DNA from: an uncultured Gammaproteobacteria bacterium | GTDB taxonomy: Bacteria > Patescibacteriota > Microgenomatia > Levybacterales > UBA12049 | Direction: 5' to 3' | Assembly (NCBI GenBank): GCA_964372855.1 | Contig: CAYJRY010000039.1 | Coordinates: 1-12,484, forward strand | Length of the DNA: 12,484 nt | Part shown: positions 6,482 to 12,484 of the stretch, piece after piece | How the letters are laid out: each line of letters starts with the position of its first letter | Position numbering within the stretch: position 1 is the first letter of the stretch | The notes under the pieces: generated by a model | The model's input: only the letters and a program-made list of their open reading frames with translations | Told to the model about the DNA's origin: nothing | The model's database searches: none | Position numbers and translations under genes: made by a program

Positions 6482-6954
6482 AAAAAATTATTTTAGCATT
6501 TACAGTACTTTTAGTAATTGTAGTAGCAATTGTCATTGGGCAAAATTACTTTAGAAATAGGAATATTTTTGAGACTACAACGAGACCTACAGCTACAATA
6601 AATGATAAAACATTTCAGCTAATGTTAGCCAAAACACCTCAAGAGAAAGAAATAGGACTATCAGATACAGAAAATCTTGCTGAGAATACAGGAATGCTAT
6701 TCTTATTTGATTCTCCCAACTTGTATCCTTTTTGGATGAAAAATATGAAAATACCGATTGATATTATTTTTGTTAATGGTGATGAGATAGTAACAATCTT
6801 CGATAATGTCCAGCCTCCGCAAGACTCAACTGAAAATCTAATAATTTATAGACCTGATGAGCCATCTGATAAAGTTCTTGAGATAAATGCCGGACTATCA
6901 GAAGATTATGGATTTAAAAAAGGAGATAAAGTTACTTTGAAAAATTTAGAATAA
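6478..6954 (+). CDS. DUF192 family protein with N-terminal signal/anchor helix
   Basis: 158 aa; LAKTPQEKEIGLSDTENLAENTGMLFLFDSPNLYPFWMKNMKIPIDIIFVNGDEIVTIFDNVQPP; overlaps the previous gene by ATGA. Confidence 0.92.
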   Translation: MKKIILAFTVLLVIVVAIVIGQNYFRNRNIFETTTRPTATINDKTFQLMLAKTPQEKEIGLSDTENLAENTGMLFLFDSPNLYPFWMKNMKIPIDIIFVNGDEIVTIFDNVQPPQDSTENLIIYRPDEPSDKVLEINAGLSEDYGFKKGDKVTLKNLE

Positions 6955-8009
6955 TGGTAATTTTAGGAATAGAAACAAGCTGCGATGAAACTTCCGCTGG
7001 TATTGTTGAAAAAGTAAAAAACATAAGAAAAGTAAAATTACTTTCAAACATTGTTACCTCATCTTTACCGCTCCATTCAAAAACAGGTGGAATTATTCCA
7101 GAATCTGCTGCGCGTGAACAACTTAGATTTATAATTCCGGTAATTGAAAAAGCAATTGATGACTCAAAAATTAAAATAAAAAATATTGATGCAATTGCAA
7201 TAACTGTGGGACCTGGACTTCTTGGATCGCTTTTGGTCGGGGTAGAAACAGCAAAAACCCTATCATATGTATGGAAAAAACCTCTTATTCCAGTTAATCA
7301 TCTAATAGGACATATCTACGCCAACTTTGTTGGCGGAATTTCGAATTTCGAATTTCGAATTTCGAATTTTTCTGCCGAAGAAATTTTATTTCCAGCAGTC
7401 TGCTTAATAGTTTCGGGAGGACATACTGACTTAATATTGATGTTTGATCACGGCAGAATTAAGTGGCTTGGAGGAACTCGAGATGATGCAGCAGGGGAGG
7501 CATTCGATAAAATAGGAAGATTACTAGACCTTCCATATCCCGGAGGACCCTCTATTGAAAAAGCTTCTTTAAAAGGAGACCCAAATGTATTCAATTTCCC
7601 AAGGCCAATGATTGGATCAAGTGACTTTGATTTTTCATTTTCCGGTCTAAAAACAGCCGTCCTTAGAGAAGTCAAAGCAATGAAACAACTTAACAATGAA
7701 ACAATTTATAATATGTGCGCCTCAGTTCAGCAAGCCATCATAGATGTGTTAGTAACAAAAACTCTAAAAGCTGCCCAAAAATATAATGTCAAATCAATTC
7801 TTCTCGGAGGAGGTGTTGCGGCAAACCAAAAACTCCGCGACGAATTTAAATTTAAAATTGAAAATTTAAAATTGAAAATTTTATTGTCGGTACCTCCTAA
7901 ATATCTCTGTACGGACAATAGTGCCATGATCGCCGCAGCAGCAGCTTTTAATCTTAACCCTACGCCATTGAAAAAAATACAAGCAAACCCGGAATTGTAT
8001 TTTGATTAA
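6954..8009 (+). CDS. tsaD: tRNA N6-adenosine threonylcarbamoyltransferase TsaD (Kae1/Gcp)
   Basis: 351 aa; GIETSCDETSAGIV, TVGPGLLGSLLVGVETAKTLSY, VNHLIGHIYA, LIVSGGHTDLILM, DDAAGEAFDKIGRLLDLPYPGGPSIE, FSFSGLKTAV, LLGGGVAANQKLR, CTDNSAMIA. Confidence 0.98.
   Translation: MVILGIETSCDETSAGIVEKVKNIRKVKLLSNIVTSSLPLHSKTGGIIPESAAREQLRFIIPVIEKAIDDSKIKIKNIDAIAITVGPGLLGSLLVGVETAKTLSYVWKKPLIPVNHLIGHIYANFVGGISNFEFRISNFSAEEILFPAVCLIVSGGHTDLILMFDHGRIKWLGGTRDDAAGEAFDKIGRLLDLPYPGGPSIEKASLKGDPNVFNFPRPMIGSSDFDFSFSGLKTAVLREVKAMKQLNNETIYNMCASVQQAIIDVLVTKTLKAAQKYNVKSILLGGGVAANQKLRDEFKFKIENLKLKILLSVPPKYLCTDNSAMIAAAAAFNLNPTPLKKIQANPELYFD
7336..7369. repeat. Tandem heptanucleotide repeat (GAATTTC)x~4.9 inside tsaD
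   Basis: GAATTTC at 7336, 7343, 7350, 7357 and a partial unit at 7364-7369. Confidence 0.95.
7842..7882. repeat. Degenerate 7/14-nt periodic AT-rich repeat inside tsaD
   Basis: AAAATTGAAAATTT repeated at 7854-7867 and 7868-7881, preceded by GAATTTAAATTT. Confidence 0.85.
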
Positions 8010-8578
8010 TTTATAATCCTTTTTTCTTCACCTCTAATTATCCTTTTTACATTTTCTCTGTGCGTCCAAATTGCTATTACTAAAAGTGTCATAAAAAACA
8101 GCGTCAATTCAGGAACAATAAAATAGGAAACAACGAGAAAAATAAAAGCAGATATCAAAGAAGAAATTGACACAATTTTTGTCGATAAGAACACTATTAG
8201 AAATGTTATTATCCCAAATATTGCCACTGTTGGATTAAGTGCTAAGGTGACTCCCAAACCTGTTGCCACCCCTTTCCCGCCTCTAAATTTAAGCCAAACA
8301 GGAAAAACATGTGCCAAGATCGCTATTAATCCAATAACTTGTGTCTGATTTAAGGGTAAAAATTGCAGAGCAAAAAAAGTTGGAACAAATCCTTTCAATG
8401 TATCTCCTACCAAAACAAATACTGCAGGTTTAAGTCCTAAAGTTCTTAATGAATTAGTAAATCCAATATTCCCGCTTCCTTTTTTTTGCAAATCAATTCC
8501 ATGCAACAAACCAACAATTTTGCCACTTGGAATTGAACCCAAAACATAAGATAAAAGCAAAAATAAGGAAAACATCAT
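8006..8578 (-). CDS. plsY: Acyl-phosphate:glycerol-3-phosphate acyltransferase PlsY
   Basis: 190 aa; YVLGSIPSGKIVG, KKGSGNIGFTNSLRTLG, DTLKGFVPTFFAL, LAHVFPVWLKFRGGKGVATGLGV. Confidence 0.95.
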   Translation of the reverse strand: MMFSLFLLLSYVLGSIPSGKIVGLLHGIDLQKKGSGNIGFTNSLRTLGLKPAVFVLVGDTLKGFVPTFFALQFLPLNQTQVIGLIAILAHVFPVWLKFRGGKGVATGLGVTLALNPTVAIFGIITFLIVFLSTKIVSISSLISAFIFLVVSYFIVPELTLFFMTLLVIAIWTHRENVKRIIRGEEKRIIN

Positions 8579-8602
8579 AAAATTAATTATATCTCAAAAT
8601 CA

Positions 8603-8611
8603 TGATACAAT
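8603..8611 (+). promoter_or_regulatory. Extended -10 promoter element upstream of rmuC
   Basis: TGATACAAT (TGn + TACAAT), ending 6 nt before the ATG at 8618. Confidence 0.45.
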
Positions 8612-8617
8612 ACTACT

Positions 8618-9640
8618 ATGCAAGACAATCTATTAATTATTGCTTTTGTTTTAGGATTAATCGCCTTAATTTATTTTATAAATAAGAAATTATCAGAGAT
8701 AAAAAACGAAAGTACCAATACTACACTTTTAGAATGGATAAAAAGTATGCAATCCTCATTAGAGTCAACCAACAAGACATTAAATGAAGCTTTACATTCC
8801 TCCTCAAATAATATGATCCAAACTCTACAGCAAAACTCCAAAGAGCTAAATGAAAGACTAGACCGTGCGGCGATGGTCATAAAAGACGTGGGAAAAGAGG
8901 TCGGTCAAATGTCAGAAATTGGACGAAGCATGAAAGAACTTCAAGACTTCCTAAAAAGTCCAAAATTAAGAGGAAATATAGGAGAACAGGTTCTAAAAGA
9001 TCTAATCGCGCAGTTGTTTCCCAGAAATAGCTTTTTTTTACAATACCAATTCAAATCTGGAGAGAAAGTTGATGCCGCGATAAAAACAGACGCAGGAATT
9101 CTACCTATAGACTCAAAATTCCCGATGGAAAATTTCCAAAAGATGATTAAAGCAGAAAATCCGCAAAATCGAGAAGAAGCAAAGAAACAATTTGTCAAAG
9201 ATGTAAAAAAACACATAAACTCAATAGCCAAAAAATATATATTGCCTTTGGAAGGAACAATGGATTTTGCTTTAATGTATATACCAAGTGAATCAGTTTA
9301 TTATGAATTAGTTAATATGCTGGATGTTATGGAATATGCAAGAAATCTTCGTGTTTATACTGTTTCCCCAAGCACTCTTTATACCCATCTTCAAACAATT
9401 CTTTTATCATTCGAGGGTAAAAAAATAGAGCTAAGATCAAAAGAAATATTCAAAATGCTTCGAACTCTTCAGATTGATTATTTAAAACTAGAAGAAAATT
9501 TGGATGTTCTTGGTAAACATATAAATAATGCATCTTCTCAATTCGCGAATGTAAGTAATGGATTTGCTCAAATCGGACATAAAATTAAATCAACCAATAC
9601 CCTTGAGGAAACAAAACAAATATTGGATGAGGGGAGGTGA
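8618..9640 (+). CDS. rmuC: DNA recombination protein RmuC homolog
   Basis: 340 aa; N-terminal TM helix and coiled coil, then GNIGEQVLKDLIAQLFPRNSFFLQYQFKSGEKVDAAIKT..GILPIDSKFPMENF, FALMYIPSESVYYEL, VYTVSPSTLYTHLQTI. Confidence 0.95.
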   Translation: MQDNLLIIAFVLGLIALIYFINKKLSEIKNESTNTTLLEWIKSMQSSLESTNKTLNEALHSSSNNMIQTLQQNSKELNERLDRAAMVIKDVGKEVGQMSEIGRSMKELQDFLKSPKLRGNIGEQVLKDLIAQLFPRNSFFLQYQFKSGEKVDAAIKTDAGILPIDSKFPMENFQKMIKAENPQNREEAKKQFVKDVKKHINSIAKKYILPLEGTMDFALMYIPSESVYYELVNMLDVMEYARNLRVYTVSPSTLYTHLQTILLSFEGKKIELRSKEIFKMLRTLQIDYLKLEENLDVLGKHINNASSQFANVSNGFAQIGHKIKSTNTLEETKQILDEGR

Positions 9641-9646
9641 AAATAA

Positions 9647-10057
9647 TTGAATAAACTTATACTTATAGCCATTGCCTTAGTTGTAGTAGTTGCTGGCGCA
9701 ATAATGCTTGGAGGCAATAAATCAAGCCAACCAAAACAAACAGAATTACCGGTTCAAACTCAATCCGAACCACAAAATACAAATCAAGAGTTAACAACGA
9801 TTATATTAGATGAAACTGGTTTCTCGCCTAAAGAAGTTAACATAAAACAAGGAACAAAAGTGATGTGGATAAACAAAACAGATTCAACAGCAACAGTGAG
9901 TTCCGATGATCACCCAACTCATCAAATATATCCAAAACTTAATTTGGGACAATTTGACAGCGGATCATCCCATCAATTGGTATTTGATGAAAAAGGTACT
10001 TATGGCTATCACAATCATTTAGACGCTAGCCAAACAGGAACGGTAATAGTTGAGTAA
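9647..10057 (+). CDS. Membrane-anchored cupredoxin-like domain protein
   Basis: 136 aa, TTG start with SD GGGGAGG; N-terminal hydrophobic helix; EFSPKEV-like 'DETGFSPKEVNIKQGTKVMWINKTDSTATVSSDDHPTHQ' and 'FDEKGTYGYHNHLDASQTGTVIVE'. Confidence 0.85.
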   Translation: MNKLILIAIALVVVVAGAIMLGGNKSSQPKQTELPVQTQSEPQNTNQELTTIILDETGFSPKEVNIKQGTKVMWINKTDSTATVSSDDHPTHQIYPKLNLGQFDSGSSHQLVFDEKGTYGYHNHLDASQTGTVIVE

Positions 10058-10078
10058 TTCTGTGGTAAAATACCTTTC

Positions 10079-12484
10079 ATGGCTAAAGTTTCTGCTCTTA
10101 ATCCTTTCCAGATTGAAGCGGTTCGATACGCTGATGGACCGCTTCTTATAATTGCCGGTGCAGGAACTGGTAAAACAACTGTAATAACAGAGAGAATAAA
10201 GTATCTTATATTTAAAAAAAATATTTCTCCCTCTCAAATCTTAGCTCTCACATTTACAGAAAAGGCCTCTCGTGTAATGGAAGAAAGAGTAGATTTGGAA
10301 ATGCCATATGGCTATACGCAGATGTGGATTTCTACATTTCACTCTTTTTGCGATAGAATCCTTCGGCAGGAGGCAGTCCATATCGGGCTTAATCCATCCT
10401 ATAAATTAATGACCCAATCAGAATCAATACTTTTCCTAAGAAAGAATATTTTTAAATTCAAACTCTCCTACTTTAGACCACTTGGTAATCCCAATAAATT
10501 CTTAGAGGGAATGCTGCAGCATTTTTCAAGACTTGGAGATGAAGACGTTTCACCTGAAGAATACCTCCGGTATTCTCAGAAGTTCAAAGTTCGAAGTTCG
10601 AAGTTCAAAGCCCCAACAGATGAGATTAAGAAAATTAATGAATTGGCAATTGCCTATAAAACATATCAAGATCTAAAAAATAAAGAAGGTGTTATGGATT
10701 TTTCAGATCTTATAACTAATACGCTAAAACTTTTCAGAACTAGAAAAAATATTTTGTCTTCCTATCAAAAGCAATTCAAATACATCCTAGTTGACGAATT
10801 TCAAGACACTAATTTTGCTCAAAATCAGCTTGCTATACTTCTTGCTGGAAGTGAAAAAAATATTACTGTTGTTGGAGATGACGATCAAGCTATTTATAGG
10901 TGGCGAGGTGCGGCAATCTCGAATATGATTCAATTTAAAAAACATTACCCCAACGCACATATTATTACTTTGACGCAGAATTACCGATCCAAACAGGAGA
11001 TATTAGATTGTGCCCATAGAGTTATTCAAAATAATAATCCTGATAGGCTAGAAGCTAAGGAAAATATTAACAAAAAGCTAATCTCTCAAAGGAAACAAGA
11101 AAAAAAATTTGAGTCGACTGTACAATTTTTATATAAATCTCGTGTTGAAGATGAAGCTGAAACTGTTGTTAAAAAAATTAAAGATCTTGTTCATAAGAAT
11201 TACGAGTATAAAGATATTGCGATACTTGTACGCGCAAACGACCATGCTATACCATTCACAAAAACTTTTACAAGATATAATATACCTTATCAATTCCTAG
11301 GACCCGGAAGATTATTTAGACAGGAAGAAATAAAAGATTTAATTGCATACTTAAAAGTTCTATATAACTTTGAAGATTCCTTATCTCTCTATCGTGTTTT
11401 AGGTCTGCCAATATTTAATATAGAAGCACGAGACGTTGCAGCAATACTTAATTTTGCCAAAAGGAAAGGTCTTACTCTTTTTGAGGCTTTAGAGAAAATT
11501 GAAGATACAAGCCTTAATCCTATAACGCAGGAGAAAATAAAAAAAATAGTTGAAATGATAAAACGCCACTTAAAACGAGTTCCTATTGATAGTGCAGGAC
11601 AAGTTTTGTACTATTTTCTAGAAGATTCAGGCCTTCTTAAGAAATTCTTATCTGTTGAGTCAAATATCGAAAGCAAGAATTACCAAAATATCGCAAAATT
11701 TTTTGATAGACTAAAAACTTTTGAGGTGGAACACGAAGATTCTCGCATCTTCCCAGTAGTTGATTGGATCGAGTTGTCAATGCAAATGGGCGAGAGTCCT
11801 CTTGCTTCTGATATGGATTGGAACGAAGTTAACGCTGTTAATATTTTAACAATTCATTCAAGCAAGGGTCTTGAATTTCCAGTTGTTTTTTTAGTAAATC
11901 TTGTCAGCCAGAGATTTCCAACTAGAGAAAGACGAGAGCAAATCCCCATACCAGCTGAGCTTATAAAAGAAATATTACCAACTGGAGACTATCATTTACA
12001 GGAAGAAAGACGCTTGTTTTATGTTGGCGTAACTCGGGCAAAAGACTTGCTATTCCTAACAGCTGCGAATTATTACGGTGAAGGCAAAAGAGACAGGAAA
12101 ATTTCTCCTTTTGTATACGAAGCTCTTGGAGGGGAAGAACTTAAAAAGTTTATAGAGAAATATAAATTTGAATCAATAATTATTCAACCATCACTTTTAG
12201 AATGGAACGGAGTCTCGCTTAGCGGGACGAGTTCGCTTGCGAATGAAGCGAGACAAGCGTGGACCAAACTGAGTTCTGAGTCTTCTTCTATAACTTACAT
12301 CTCTTATTCTCAAATTCAAACGTTCACTACTTGTCCACTGCATTACAAGCTGCAGTATTTATTAAAAATACCGTATAGACCTACTCCGGCAATGAGTTTT
12401 GGATCAAGCGTCCATGCCACGCTAAAAGAATCTTACCAAAGACTCATGAGCGGACAAAAGTTAAAAACACAAGATATTATTGCG
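10079..12484 (+). CDS. UvrD/PcrA-like superfamily 1 helicase with C-terminal RecB-type PD-(D/E)XK nuclease domain beginning near window end; 3'-truncated by window
   Basis: Manual translation, 802 codons without a stop; not in the supplied ORF track. MAKVSALNPFQIEAVRYADGPLLIIAGAGTGKTTVITERI (Walker A), ILVDEFQDTN (II), VGDDDQAIYRWRGA (III), NYRSKQEIL (IV), NAVNILTIHSSKGLEFPVVFLVNL (V), LQEERRLFYVGVTRAKDLLFLTA (VI), then ISYSQIQTFTTCPLHYKLQYLLKIP...SFGSSVHATLKE. Confidence 0.93.
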   Translation, partial: MAKVSALNPFQIEAVRYADGPLLIIAGAGTGKTTVITERIKYLIFKKNISPSQILALTFTEKASRVMEERVDLEMPYGYTQMWISTFHSFCDRILRQEAVHIGLNPSYKLMTQSESILFLRKNIFKFKLSYFRPLGNPNKFLEGMLQHFSRLGDEDVSPEEYLRYSQKFKVRSSKFKAPTDEIKKINELAIAYKTYQDLKNKEGVMDFSDLITNTLKLFRTRKNILSSYQKQFKYILVDEFQDTNFAQNQLAILLAGSEKNITVVGDDDQAIYRWRGAAISNMIQFKKHYPNAHIITLTQNYRSKQEILDCAHRVIQNNNPDRLEAKENINKKLISQRKQEKKFESTVQFLYKSRVEDEAETVVKKIKDLVHKNYEYKDIAILVRANDHAIPFTKTFTRYNIPYQFLGPGRLFRQEEIKDLIAYLKVLYNFEDSLSLYRVLGLPIFNIEARDVAAILNFAKRKGLTLFEALEKIEDTSLNPITQEKIKKIVEMIKRHLKRVPIDSAGQVLYYFLEDSGLLKKFLSVESNIESKNYQNIAKFFDRLKTFEVEHEDSRIFPVVDWIELSMQMGESPLASDMDWNEVNAVNILTIHSSKGLEFPVVFLVNLVSQRFPTRERREQIPIPAELIKEILPTGDYHLQEERRLFYVGVTRAKDLLFLTAANYYGEGKRDRKISPFVYEALGGEELKKFIEKYKFESIIIQPSLLEWNGVSLSGTSSLANEARQAWTKLSSESSSITYISYSQIQTFTTCPLHYKLQYLLKIPYRPTPAMSFGSSVHATLKESYQRLMSGQKLKTQDIIA
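10580..10610. repeat. Heptanucleotide tandem repeat (RAAGTTC)x~4 inside the helicase gene
   Basis: AAGTTC AAAGTTC GAAGTTC GAAGTTC AAAG. Confidence 0.9.
12212..12254. repeat. Nested palindromic insert-like repeat inside the helicase-nuclease gene
   Basis: GTCTCGCTT (12212-12220) / AAGCGAGAC (12246-12254), with an inner hairpin TTCGC-TT-GCGAA (12232-12243). Confidence 0.85.

Noticed and set aside
7448-7696. 82-aa minus-strand ORF
   Set aside because: Antisense shadow ORF of conserved tsaD.
7336-7882. CRISPR-like or short-spaced repeat array
   Set aside because: The repeats are 7-nt tandem units with no spacers and are in a coding frame; no cas genes present.
7727-7927. 66-aa minus-strand ORF
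   Set aside because: Antisense shadow ORF of tsaD, spans the repeat tract; no family resemblance.
8671-8880. 69-aa minus-strand ORF
   Set aside because: Antisense to rmuC.
8941-9231. 96-aa minus-strand ORF
   Set aside because: Antisense to the conserved RmuC core.
10019-10237. 72-aa minus-strand ORF
   Set aside because: Overlaps the cupredoxin gene end and the Walker A region of the helicase on the opposite strand.
11109-11300. 63-aa plus-strand ORF, Leu/Lys rich
   Set aside because: Out of frame within the continuous helicase reading frame; low complexity from AT-rich sequence.

Overview
AT-rich 12.5 kb window whose gene style resembles Candidate Phyla Radiation/Patescibacteria (Microgenomates-like); this taxonomy is inferred, not tested. 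Minus-strand block: 5' part of an AMP-binding (acyl-CoA synthetase-like) ORF, greA, an archaeal-type phosphopantetheine adenylyltransferase fused to a DUF359/GTP-dependent dephospho-CoA kinase domain, an IS200/REP-associated (Y1/HUH) transposase closely bracketed by two near-identical hairpins, a small membrane protein, and a membrane-anchored family 1 solute-binding protein. Plus-strand block: VanW-family protein, cytidylyltransferase-like protein, DUF192 protein, tsaD; then plsY on the minus strand; then rmuC, a cupredoxin-like protein, and a long UvrD/PcrA-like helicase with the beginning of a RecB-type PD-(D/E)XK domain. The helicase runs off the window end and is absent from the supplied ORF track. 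Main observations: (1) the fused archaeal-type CoA biosynthesis enzyme; (2) the transposase bracketed by two 14-bp perfect hairpins with a compensated base-pair change and an alternative fold; (3) several short in-frame repeats inside tsaD and the helicase, three of them with 7-nt periodicity and one an imperfect palindrome; (4) a cupredoxin-like domain missing the usual Cys/His/Met copper ligands; (5) 5'-leader hairpins next to Shine-Dalgarno motifs and possible leaderless promoters. No CRISPR array, tRNA, rRNA or obvious defence island was seen.
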